This document shows positions 39,251 through 52,834 of a DNA stretch of 64,000 nt, piece after piece (positions within the stretch are counted from its first letter, which is position 1; each line of letters starts with the position of its first letter). A program made the position numbers and the translations under genes. The DNA is taken from assembly GCA_002104945.1 (NCBI GenBank), contig MCFH01000033.1:124001-188000 (forward strand). Direction: 5' to 3'. The notes below the pieces were generated by a model, which was not told the DNA's origin, made no database searches, and was given only the letters and a program-made list of their open reading frames with translations. This DNA comes from Piromyces finnis finn (taxonomy: Eukaryota > Fungi > Neocallimastigomycota).

Positions 39251-39637
39251 AGAAGAATAAACCATTCTTATTATAATAATAATTGAATATAAATTAAAAT
39301 AATATTTTTTAAGTTAAAAACTTGCCTTAAAAAATAATTGCTTGATTGAAATAAAATACTATCAAAAATTTTTTATAGATATTAAAGTTTTTAAGATTTT
39401 TTTCTGTATTAAAAAATTTTTTTTTCTTAATAAAATAAACAGATATTAATCTGAAAATATAGAATACTTAAAAAATTGATTTATCTGTTAATAAATAATA
39501 TAAATTTATTTTTTGAACTTTATTGCATTTTTTTGAATAAAATTAAATAGTAGAGAGAAAGAAGTTTATTATAATAAAAATATTAACTGTTTTAATTAAT
39601 ATTACCTTATTATTAAAATAATAAAGAATATATTAAT

Positions 39638-42600
39638 ATGATAATAAAAAATATTTCAATTAATATACTGTTAATAGGTATATTACTTGTACTAAAATGT
39701 TTTTCCATTAAGCAAAATTATATGTATGTTGGAAAGGGATTATATTATTCAACAATTGAAGATTCTTTGCAAGAATGTATAGATAATTTTGCTGGTTTAC
39801 AAAATATACAAACATCAATATTTATTAAGTCGGGAACATACATTCCAAAAAAAACTTTAAGAAGTTCAATTTTTGGTGAAACATCTTCTATATCTTTTAT
39901 TGGAGAGGGAATAGATAAAACAATTATTGAATGTCAAAATTTAAATAGGTTAATTTCTTTACAAATGAGTAATAGTTATACAGATCATGTTTGGAAGTTT
40001 AAAAATATGACAATTAATGCTTGTAACAATATCGAAACTATTAAAGTATATAAAATAAAAATCATAATCTATTAAAAATTAGTTCTATGATGTGTAATCT
40101 ATTATTAATATTTAATAATTAAATGTATTAAAAAGGTAATTTCAGGAAATATTCAATTTGAAGATGTTAAATTTACTGGAAATAAATATGGCGATTTTGT
40201 TAGTTTAACTGGAACAACAAATGCTTTAATAATTAACTCAATTTTTACAGATAATTTTGCAGGTAATTTCAGTTTTTTTTTATTCATTTTTATTATAAAA
40301 ATATTTATGAACTTTATTTATATATATGTTTTTAAATGTAAAAAAAAAATAGGTCCAAACATTTACCTTAGTACTAATGGAGATGTCAAAATATACAAGT
40401 AAATTATTAAAAATAATTTAAAAGAATACTTATTTATTTGAATATTATAATAATAATTGCTAAAATGTACATATTTATAGTACAAAACTTCTTGGTTTTC
40501 CAGCATGTTTTAATGATAACATAAAATGTGGTGATAATTTAATAAATCTTATTTCAATAGATAGAGTTCATTTAATGATTAATGATACATTATTTTCAAA
40601 TTCTTATCATCCTAACAGTTATGAAGATGATAAATTTAACGATTATAGAACAAGGTTATTAATATTAATACATTCTACATTTTTTATTATTTTAACTAAT
40701 TATTATTAATAATAATTAATATTATCTTCTTTAGTCTTGGCGCTTTTAATTTTAAAACAATAGAAATATCAGATTCTATATTTGAAAATACTTATGCATA
40801 TAATTCTGGAGGTAAGTATAATAAGTATATTTATCATTACAGTTTTTTGTTTTTAGAAAATTTATAAAATTAATAATTATAAATATTATTTAATTCAAAA
40901 TAGCTTTATCAGTTTCTCAATGGGAAAAATTTGATAGTACACTTTCAATTACAAATACAACATTTAAAAATAATTTTAGTGAATATGCAGCTGTAATTCG
41001 AACTGCAGGAAAAGTTGTTGTAACAATTGAAGATTCACTATTTTATAACAACACATCAATTAATAAAGGAATTATATATAATGCTGGGGATTTAACAATA
41101 GAAGATAATATATATGAAACTTATATATCATGTAATAAATGCTATTTTGAAAATCCATATATAAATGATTATGAAGTAAGATTCTTCAAAAAATATATTA
41201 TAGTTAATGAATTGAGTAACTAACTAATTTATAAAATAAAAAATTATTTTGAAAATTATTTCATTATTTAATAATACTAATTAGGAAAATGTTGAAGGAA
41301 GATTAATAACATCATCCGGTTATGGAGATACAGATATTATTAATTCTGTAATAAATAATTTTCAAAATGGAAACTTATTTAACACAGAGCATTCAAAAAT
41401 AAATATTTTAAATACTACTTTTTCAAATATGAGTTTAAACAATTCATTAATTAATTTATTAAATGAAAATGGTAGAAATATATAGAATAATATAAAACTA
41501 TCTTGTAATAATATATAAATAAAGCATTATACTAAACTATTTTATAATATAATCATAAGAAATTTACGAGTTTAATGGATGTAGTTTTAATAATATTACT
41601 ATTAAACATGAAGAGGTATAACGTATTAATATAATCAAATTTAAAATTTTATTAGAAAAACTATTTTATTTATGTGATTTTTATCTAAATTTAATTATAG
41701 TATGGGTTAATTTATACAAAAAAAAATTCAGGTAATTATTTTGAAAGTAATATTTAAAATTTAAAATTTCATATGCTAATATATATTTTTTATATATTCT
41801 TCCCAAATATTAGGAAATTTAAGGATTTCAAATTCTAGATTTTCAAATATATTCTCATATAATGCAGCCATTATTTTAAGTGAAATTAATTTTGGTAACA
41901 ACATAGATTTTTTTAAAAATAAATTCGAGGTAAAAATATATAATTGATTATTATAGTTTAATACTTATAATAACTTTAGCATTAAAATATAAAATATAAC
42001 AATAGAATATTTATTCAAGAAACGGAATTATTGTTATTAAAAATGAAGACATTGGTGTTGAACAATTTAATGGTATTATATTATAATAAAATAAAAGAAT
42101 TCTTGAATATTTTTTTATTTAAATATTTTCTTTTTATTATTTAATAGGAATTACAATCGAAAATTGTGAATTTAATAATTGTTCTAGTGGAAAATCATGT
42201 AATTTTATATTATTATAATAATATTATATAATTATCGAAATAAATAATATAATTATTTTAATCATTTAAATATATCTGAATAATAAAAAGCTATTATATC
42301 AATTGACTATGGTTCATTTTGCGATATTAAGGAAAGCACTTTTACAAATTGTGGCTATGGAGGTCAAAATTACAATAATAATTTATATAAAAATCTCTCA
42401 GGAAGTATTCTTAAAATATCTGGAAATTCATATGTAAATTTTGAGAACAATAACGTAAATGACTGTTACTGTGCTGAATCTGGTATATAAAACAATTTAT
42501 TATTATTATTATTATATATAAATAATACATAAAAGTAACATTTATTTACATATAATTATAATATTTTAAAAGGTGGTGCAATAAACTTATCATTAAATTC

Positions 42601-45215
42601 AACATTAAAAATTAATAATTCAGTTATTGAGAATTGTAAATCAGGAAAAAATGGTGGCGTATTATATTTTAACAATTGGAAAGGAAATTTGAATATTAAA
42701 CAATCTGAATTTAAGAATAATAAGGCGTCTAATAATGGTGGTATTTTTAATATTGATGGTAACAATGTTTTAGAAAATGCAAACATTTCAATAGATGATT
42801 CAAAATTTATTAATAATAGTGCAAATTTAGGAGGTTAGTAATAATATTATTAATAATATTGTATTAAAAATATAAAAATTAATATAAAAATTTATATTTT
42901 TTTTATTAAACGAAATTATTACAGGAATAATATACATTGGAACTGTTACAAGTAATTTCGATGTTACCAATAACTTAAAAATTACAAATTCTCATTATGA
43001 AAATAATAAAGCTAAATCAGGAGAAATATTTTTCATTTCTCATGCGGATCAAGCCAAGAAAATACTTGATTCTTCTGATTATGATTTTGACAAGGTTGAC
43101 TCACATCCATGTGATCTTTCATGGAATAATTCAAATCTTGTTACACATATGAATGATACAAAAAAAATTATGTCTGGTGATAATATTCCTAATGGTTTAA
43201 AAGCTTATATATTGTCTGATACAAATCGTTTATATAATATCATCGATGAATCAACAATTGATTCATTATCTAATGTTATGTTTGTAAATGCTACCATTTT
43301 GGATAAAGATGGAAACCCATCAAATGATGCTATTATTATGGGTGATAGAGAAACATTCTGTTGGTCTGGAGTTTGTTCCTTAAATTCAGTAAAAGTATAT
43401 GGAAAGACTGGTGATTATATATTGCAAATTTACATGATTTCAAATGGTGGATTTATTTCAATGAATTCAAAAAAAATTACTGTTGATGTTACAATTGAAG
43501 AGTGTGATAGAACATTTAGTAAAGATTATTTGAATATTGGTTATGATATATGCTATGATCCAGGTAATAAAAATAGTTATTTATAAATATTTAAATTCAT
43601 AATTGTAATCTAATTATTATATAAATCTACATATAGTATGTTCAAAATGTGTTCATGGTAAATGTACCGATAATCAAAATTGTGAATGTGATGATGAATG
43701 GGATGGCATTTCTTGTGATAAAAGATTTAAATACAAATATTCTCTTGCATTAAGAATTATATTTGAAATTATTTGTGCAATTTCAGCATTATTTTCAATT
43801 TTCTTAATATATGGAATTTGGGCAAATAAAAATGAATCAATTATTAAAAAATCCAATCCAACATTCTTAATAATTACAGTTGGTAAGTCTTTAATATAAT
43901 AATTATGTTAAAATAGCACATAAAATTAATATATAAATTATGATAATATTAATATATTACATAATTTAAATGATAATCCCTTTTTTAATATATTCATAAT
44001 ATAGTTGGAAGTCTAATTAATTATAGTACAGTTATATTTTACCATGGATATAGAACTAATGTATTATGTTCTACTGTATTATGGGTTAAATTTATTGGAT
44101 TTTCAGTATTATATGGGTGTAAATATTTATAGTATTTATATATATCATATATTTTATATAATATTAAATAAAATATTTTATTATTTCATATAAATAGCTA
44201 TTTTGATAAGAATTATGAGAGTTTGGAAAATGTAAATAATAAATATTAATTTTCATTATTATATGAAATTTAAAAATTATTCTTACTTAAAATTAAAATA
44301 ATATAATAATCATTATTAGTGTATCATCATCTAAACAAAAATTCAAGACATCTGTAATGAATAGGACTAAGATGTTTACATATTTATTTGGACTTATATT
44401 AATTTATATTATTATATTAGTTATATGTACATTAATTCAAAAAATAACAATTGATGAAAAATATAGTTCAAATAAAGCATTTAATAGATGTACAATTTCA
44501 AAAACAACCATTTCACTGTATGAATAATATATATATATTAAATACATAATTAATTTTATTTAATTAATTTCATTAAATTTCATTAAATTATAGTTATGGA
44601 TTAACAATAGCAATATTAATATGGGGTGTTTATTTAGCCTTGGAAACAAGCAATTTACCAGAACAATTTAATGAAGGTAGGTAAATATCTGTTTAATGAT
44701 ATCGAATAAATAAATAATAATATTAAAATTTAATATATAATTTTTATTTACTTCTAAATTATCAGCTAAATCTATTGGAATTTCTACATGTATGTATTGC
44801 TTATATATGCATTATATAACAATATTTAAATATTAATAATTGAAAATTTTTTATTTTTAATATTCTAAATTTATTATAATTTTATTAATATTTCTGATGT
44901 TATTATATAGATATATATGCATTTGCAATGATTGTAACTGAAGTTATTGATAATATCACAGATTTGAATCCGGATTATTACTTTTTATTAATGATATTCT
45001 CAATGTTAATTTATACATGGACTAGTATATTTACAATTGTTGTTCCAAAGGTATATTCTGTATATTCCGAATGGTTTGTTGTTTTTGATATTCTCAAAAG
45101 AAATGTTAATGGAACAGAAAATATGGTTAGTACTGGACAACAAATATCAAATGGCAATTTTATGGATAATATGGATGTTAATAAAGTTGGTGGACTATCT
45201 GTAATTGGAAAATAA
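39638..45215 (+). CDS. Class-C-like (7tm_3) GPCR with a signal peptide, pectin-lyase-like beta-helix ectodomain and EGF-like module; many exons
   Basis: Hydrophobic leader, then YSTIEDSL...IFIKSGTY...ISFIGEGIDKTII (pectinesterase/beta-helix-type start). PMP-like repeats GGAINLS...F.NN.A.N.GG. EGF-like CSKCVHGKCTDNQNCECDDEWDGISCD. The 7TM has IIKKSNPTFLII, LCSTVLWVKFIGFSVLYG, RIMRVWKI, NLPEQFNE-KSIG and IVVPK. Confidence 0.85.
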
Positions 45216-45536
45216 AAAATAAAAAACTTTTGTTTTTCAAATAAATTTTAATCTGAAATATATAAAAAATTATTAATGCCAATTATAAAAAGGAATATTT
45301 TTTACATTCACTCATTCGTTTTAATTTATTTTATTTTATTTGTTTATGTAAAAAATATTATGTACACATAATAAATACGATTAAAACTATTATTTTTAAT
45401 AATTAACACTCATTTTAAATTATATATAATTAAATTATGATTATTTTTAATTCTATATATATAAAATTAGTTCCAATTTTTATAATTTGTTTCTTTAATT
45501 TTAATATAATATAAATAATAATGAACAGATAATTAA

Positions 45537-48500
45537 TTATGATGAATAGTTATATGAACCTATTGTATACTCAATTTTCTTTTCCATAAGTTCTTTCCAG
45601 CATTCTTTATTCTTTTGAACTCCGTCAAGATAAGGTTGCGCTTTAGGTAAAAATTTAACTAATGCTAAAGCTGCAGGTTCAATAACATTGTTGAAAAATT
45701 CATATTGAACTTTTGGTATTTCTTTTTCAGTGGATGCACGGTCTACTAATGCACTTGTAAATTGTAAACCTAATTCCTTTTCTTTTTTGCCTTGTTCAAA
45801 AGATTCAATTAGCACATCTTCTGCAATTTGTTTAGTGTCTTCAAATGGTTTAATCATTGAACCTAAATCACATGATGTCATAATTATACCATGTAAAAGC
45901 TCTAAATTTCTTTTATTATTTTCTAAATCTAAATCTTCTCCATTCATAAACCTATCTCCTAATTCATTTATATGCTTTAAATTTTTGAAATATATTGATA
46001 AATCTGTTGAAATAATACAACTTTCCATAATATTTAGTGCACGCTTGTAATCTTCTTTTGATAAATTCTTAAATATATTATGATCTGGAAGGGATAAAAT
46101 ATTTATAGTATGATTGAAATGGTGTCTTTCCATTGTTGAATCAGAGGATTCAATTGATAGCATTGTTTTTGCTGATACTTGAAATTGATTATTAGTACCA
46201 CGATGATCAATATCATGACAAATGCAAGAAACTAACATTACAAGAATATCAAATTGATCATTAATTAATTCTTGTAAACCTCCATATTTTAAAAGAAGAT
46301 ATAAAGTATGTGTCACTGCAGATGCATGAGAAAAGTTATGATATTTAACATTAGTTCTATAATTCTTATGAACAGTCATTAAAAATTGAATCAACAATTT
46401 TTCTGGAATTTGGAAAGTTTCTGTAAATTTAAATTCTTGGAATATAGAATATATAGTTAATATTAACTCTTCATTTTGATCTTTTATTTTATGTGTATCA
46501 AATAACCAATTTTGATATACTTCTGGATTAATAATATTACTTTCTGGAGAACTTAAATATTTATTATAAAATATTTCAACATCTTCTGGTAATGTAGTCA
46601 TATGGTAAGCAATCATTTCAACATTAACATCCATTAACATTTTTTGTTTTTGATTCCTTTCTAATAAAATTGCCCTTTCCAAACTTAATGCACAATAAAC
46701 AGCAAAAGATTGAATAACAACTACATCAAAATCACTAAAATCAATAACTTCTCCATCTTCACCAAGTTTATTTACTAATTTTAATACACTAATAACTTTT
46801 TTAGTTGAATTTTGATTTTCCGACATATCTGGAATATAAAAGCCTCCATTATAATTTGAAAAGAAATTACTCTCACTTGAGCCATCAACAATTTGGGATG
46901 ATCTAAATATTGGTACGACCATAACACTCTTTGTTCTGTATTTATTTTCCTTATCGATTGTTCCATTATAATTCTTATCTAAATATGCATCAGCAATATT
47001 TAATAATTCACCAGTTTGAGCAACATAACCAATCAAACCACCGTTATTAATTGAAATATCTTCAAATTTGTTTTCTTCTTTGGAATCAAAATTTACATAT
47101 TTTAAAGTATCATTGTCTTGTACCATATATAAACTTGCTTGGTCAGAACCAACTAATTCTTGCGCTGATACTACTACTTTTCTAAGTAAAGTATAATAAT
47201 CTAATTCACCAAATAATGATTGAAGGATATTAACAAGTTGAATTATAACTGTATGTCTACTAACTTGATCTGTTAATATATTGTTTTTATCTGATATTTC
47301 TTTTATTTTCTCAACTAGTTCTTTTTGAATTTCCCGATAATATAAATTTTCTTTTTTCAATTGAATTAATTTTTGTTCAATTTCATTTTTTAGGATTGAA
47401 GAAGTAATATTATTCTGTGTTTTCTGTATTAGATGTTCAATTGAATCATCCTTCATAATAACTCTCCCTTCATCATTTTTAAATGCTTTATTTACAATAT
47501 TAAGAACTTGTTTTTCACATTTTTCATTACTTTCACATGTTTTTTGTGTTTCTTTCTTAATGCTTTCTATTAAAGAATCTATATTACTATCATCCTTAAC
47601 TTCATTTTCAATTTCTTTCTCAGATAGGATAAATTTCTGATAACGTTCATCAATATCAGTTTTGTATGTATAATATGTTGAATATAAATAATTATTTTGT
47701 ATTATTGAACCCATAATTTTCAAGTATTTTTTAAGCTTTTCATAGTCACCATTAGTAAATTCTTTTACTGATTCATCATCATTTTTAGATAAAGTATTAT
47801 TATCATTATCTATACTATTAATTGAATTGAAAATATCTTTCATATTACTAAAAGAATTTTTACACTCGCTTGATGAACAAGAATTATTGTCGTTTACTGA
47901 AGTATGCTTATTATATAAGCAAATAACTCCTATAACATTATTATTATAACATTTATCATTCATCCATGGAACGAGTTTTCTATCAGCACAACAACTAACA
48001 GGTATACCAATGAAATTTTTAATATTTGTTTCATTGACTGACTCCACATCTCTTAGATTATTGAATGAATATTCACTTTTATATGAAAATCTTTTCTTTA
48101 TAGTTATTTCTGGATCTTTTGAAAATATTTCTTCATCATTTAAATTATCTATTGAGTATCCACTTTTAAATAATGAATTTTTATCATCCTGATAATTACT
48201 GTTACTTTCAAAATTACTAAATAAATTTATGGTACTTATATAACTTTGATTTGTAGCCTCAACTGATCTTGTATTTCCATTAATATCAAGCCATGATCTT
48301 TGATTAATTATATCTGGATTATTTTCAATAATAACTTTATTACGTTGAGCCACCTATAATTATGTTATTAATATTCATTAATATCTCAATGATATAATTT
48401 CAAGTAGTTCCCTTAAAGATAATATAAAATAATAGTTTATTAATATAAAATCCAATATAATATAAAATACCTCACAACAAAAGTATTGTATTTCCGAAAG

Positions 48501-49109
48501 ATTAATACTTAAATTCTTCTCAATTTTTTTAACTTTAACATTCTTATAAGTTTTATATGCTTTATTTTCACTTTTAAGTACCTCATTTTTATTATTTTCA
48601 TTGCGAGTTATAAATGTTGTTAGTTCGAGTTTATATGTATTTTTATTTAATAATAAGTTATCATTTTTATCATTATATAAATTACTGCCTAAAGAAGAAT
48701 TAGATATACTGAAATTATTTGACCTAGTTAATTTTGCATTATTATTATTGCTCGGTTGATTATCTTTATTATTATTTTGATTTGAGTTTGGTATAGGTTT
48801 AATTAAACTAAATGAAGCTGCTTCAGCATTAACAGAATTTAACATCTTACTTAAAAGACGCTCAAAACTTGTATTAATTTGTGTATATGAATCGTTTAAA
48901 ATGCTAAAGAACTCATCTTCTCCATTTATTATAAAATCACATCTTCTATTTTGATTATATCTTTCTGCTGAACGATTAAAAGACAAATTAGGACTAGAAT
49001 ATACTTTTCCTTCAAATTCCTTTAAGTCATAATTTATTGGATAATGTCTTTTCTTCAAACTTATACTATCAAGTCTATTTTTCTTTTTTAATAATACATG
49101 TGAAGCCAT
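45537..49109 (-). CDS. GAF-domain class I cyclic-nucleotide phosphodiesterase (PDE11/PDE5/PDE10-like); 2 exons (49109-48471, 48353-45537), about 1150 aa
   Basis: The intron 48470-48354 (gtattt...tag) joins FCCE|VAQR. GAF: GLIGYVAQTGELLNIADAYLDKNYNGTIDKENKYRTKSVMVVPI...LVNK...FSDFD. Catalytic domain: YHNFSHA, CHDIDHRGTNNQFQ, MERHHFNH, STDL, TSCDL and EIPKVQ. Confidence 0.93.
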
Positions 49110-50945
49110 TATTCATTCACTTACATGAAATAAAAATATATATGATATAATAATATTGGTTATTTTATTTCTTATACAAGTAAATATAAAATATTAGTAA
49201 TTTTATTAGTTTGAAAAATGTATATAATTGAAATAAGAATTCTTTATTTATGAAATTAGTATTAAAATTATATATAAAATAATATATAATAAATTTTATT
49301 TTTATATAATTTTATTTTTATTATATTTTTATATTTTTCATTCACACTTTATTTTATAATATATTATTATATTCTATTCTTATACATAAATATTTGTATT
49401 AAATTAAATTGAAGTAGATACCAACATTATAAACTTTATATTAAAAAATAAAAATAAAAAGTACGGTCATTAATATGTGCTTAAGCAATTTATAATTATG
49501 ATTATAATTATAAAAATAAACATTTCATATTCTTTAAATATATATATTTTATATTTTATTATTTATTAAAAATAAAACATAAAACTTAGTTACATATTGG
49601 TTGTTAAAATTATCAAAAATTCTTCTTATATATTTAAATAATAAATAGTAAATGATTTAATTATTATTATATATTATAATATTGAAAAGTATCTTTATCA
49701 ATACTTTTTGATATTATAATTAAGAATAAAACAATATTTAGATTAATGTTTACTGTATTGATTATTAAAATAATATTTTTATTTTGTTAGAGCAACATCT
49801 TAACTGTTATTCATTATTATTATGTTAAAACAATTACATAAATATTATTTTTTATATTATCAACCATTTTTTTACATATTAAACAACATTAAATATTCAT
49901 ATAAATAATTATATATAAAACAAAAATGTGTAAAAAGATGAAGTTTATTAATTATATTTTAAATTTTTACCGATTTTAACCCTTCATTTTAATAAATAAA
50001 GCTGTTCTTCGTAGTAAAAAAGAAAGATCATAATTAATATTCAATTTATTGTATTTTTTTAATTAATTTAAATTATATAGAATTTATTATAATTTAAATT
50101 TTTTGATTTAATTTTTAATTAAATTAAAACAATTTTTATTGTTATATTCATCAATTAAAATATTTTTTTTATCTTTTATTATTTTGTATTTTTGAAATAT
50201 CAATAGGAAAAGAAGTATATTTCAAAAATAAATCATTAAAATAAATAAATTAAAGAAAAAAAAAAAAAAAAAGAAAGAAAAAGAAAAGTAAAAAAAAAAA
50301 AGAAAATATAATAAAAAAAGTATAATAAATTAAAATAATATTTATTTTATAGCTTTATAATTAAAATAAATTTTAATAATCATAGATAAAGAAATAAATC
50401 TATAGAATAGTTGTATGTATGTAAAACCTTTTTTTTTTCTAAAATAATAAAAAAAAAAAAAAGTTTATTATTAATAGTTAATTATTTCAACTTAATAATT
50501 GATTATTTTTTAAAAAAGAAAAATAGATGATAATTTAATAAATTGAATATATTTACCATGTTTAAATAAATAGATATATAATTGAAAGTAATTATTGATG
50601 GATAAACAATTAAAAAAAATATACATGTTTATTTATTAACAACAACAACAACAATAATAATAATAAAAAGATATTTATAGATATATATTTTATCATAATA
50701 CAATATAATAATAAATTTAATTTTATTAATTGTATAATATCATTTAATGTAATGTTTTATAATTTTAATTTTTACATGTATTAACTAATATTTTATATAT
50801 TATATACATTCATATTATAATAGAGAATAAGAATTATTTTAATAAAAAGAAAGAAAGAAAGAAAAATATAAATTTAAAAAATATATTTATTTTTTAAGAA
50901 AATTCAGATTTTATTATATAAAAGTAATATAATATTAATAGCAAA

Positions 50946-52477
50946 ATGAAAATTATAAATTCACTTAAATACTTCATACCGTTATTTTCATTATTCTGTT
51001 GGAATGTTTTTGCACTTTCTAAAAAAGAAAAATCAGAAAAAATAGAAGAATTACTAGCTAAATCAAGTGATAATTTTATTAATTTAAATGAAAAGTATTA
51101 TGATTTACTTATAAATACACCAAGAGATTATCATACTATACTTCTTGCTACAGCTACAAATCCACAATTTAAATGTGAACCTTGCCGGTAATTAACATTT
51201 TAAGCAATAATATTTTATTAATAATAAATTAATAATAATGTAACTAATTTTTATTTTATTTTTTTTTTTTGTTTAAAAAAATAGTGAATTATTACCAGAA
51301 TTTCTTAATGTCGCTAATTCCTGGGATCCAAATGACAAAAGAGTATACTTTGCCATTCTTGATTATCAAAATGGTAAAAATGTTTTTAAACAAGTATGCA
51401 TACAAATCTTGTTATCATATATATAAATTTTATAAAAATAAGTTAATTAATATAACTCTTTATTTCAGTTAAAAATTCAAAATGTACCAAATATTCTTCA
51501 CTTCAGACCAAGTGATGGTGTTGTTAAACCAGACTTTTATGACTTACCAAGAAAGTAGGTTTAATTCATTAATTTATTTAATAATATAATTCATTTAATA
51601 CTTAAAAAATAAAATATATAAAATATGATTTATTTATCATTGTAATTATATTTATTATTATTATAGTGGTTTGGGTGCTGAAGAACTTATTCAATTTGTT
51701 ATTAAAAAAACTGGAGTTGAAGTATTTACCCAAGAATTTAAAAAATTAAAATTTTTCTTAATAACACATTGTTAATTAATTTTAAAAATATTTATGTTAA
51801 AATAATTTATTAAACTTAAAAGTTTGAACTTCAAAGACCAACTGATTATACACAATACATTTATTACGGTTTTATAGTTGTTGCTTTAATAATTTCAATT
51901 AAAATAGTTATTCAATATTTCAAGGAAATCATTGTTAATAAAAGAAGCTGGATGATACTCACTGTGGTATGTAAAAAATAAGTATTTTTGTATTTATATT
52001 TTCTATGTTTCGATTAATTCTAATATATATTAATTAATTACATAGAGTATTATATTCTTAATGATTTCTGGATTTATGTGGGTACACATTCGTCATCCAC
52101 CAAACAGTGGTGTATCTCATGGAAATGTTGAATTCTTTATTTCTGGTTTCCAACAACAATATGCTGTCGAAAGTCAAATTATATTAATTATTTGTATCCT
52201 TTTTTATCATATTATTTATGTTGATATACGAAAATTATATTTTAATAATACACAATATTATTATTCCTTAATACTATTATTTTTATTATCATAAATAGAT
52301 ATTTTAATTGCATTTTCATTCTTATATTTATCCGACAAGGTCCAAAAGGTTAAAAATGCACATCTTTTACGTATTACTGTATACGTTGTATTAGCTATAT
52401 TGCTCGTATGTTTCTCCCTCATATTAAGAATTTTCTTTATTAAAAGTCAAGCTTATCCATTCAAATTGTTATTCTAG
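50946..52477 (+). CDS. OST3: Oligosaccharyltransferase OST3/OST6 (MAGT1/TUSC3-family) subunit; multi-exon
   Basis: Signal peptide, PRDYHTILLATATNPQFKCEPC (CxxC), FAILDYQNGKNVF, MISGFMWVHIRHPP, ISGFQQQYAVESQI and C-terminal IKSQAYPFKLLF*. Confidence 0.93.
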
Positions 52478-52834
52478 TTTTTGTAAAACTAAACAACAAA
52501 ACAAAATAAGTATTAGGACTGTATGAAAATGAAATTAATAATAATAACAAAGAAAGAAAAAAGAAATTATTAAAATACAATAAGCATGTATAACAAAATA
52601 TAACAATTAAAAAATAAAATATACTTTTAACAAATTAAAATAAAAAATGCTCATGTTAATAATTAAGAGTTTTATTATTTTATTAAAAAAAAAAAACTAT
52701 AAAAACTTTAATTTTTAAATATATTTTAAATTTTATACTCTTATTTTATTACAAGTATATTATTATAAGCAGTAATGTATATTTATCAATATATTTTGAA
52801 ATTAAATGAGAAAGTAACAATAAATAAAAATTTA

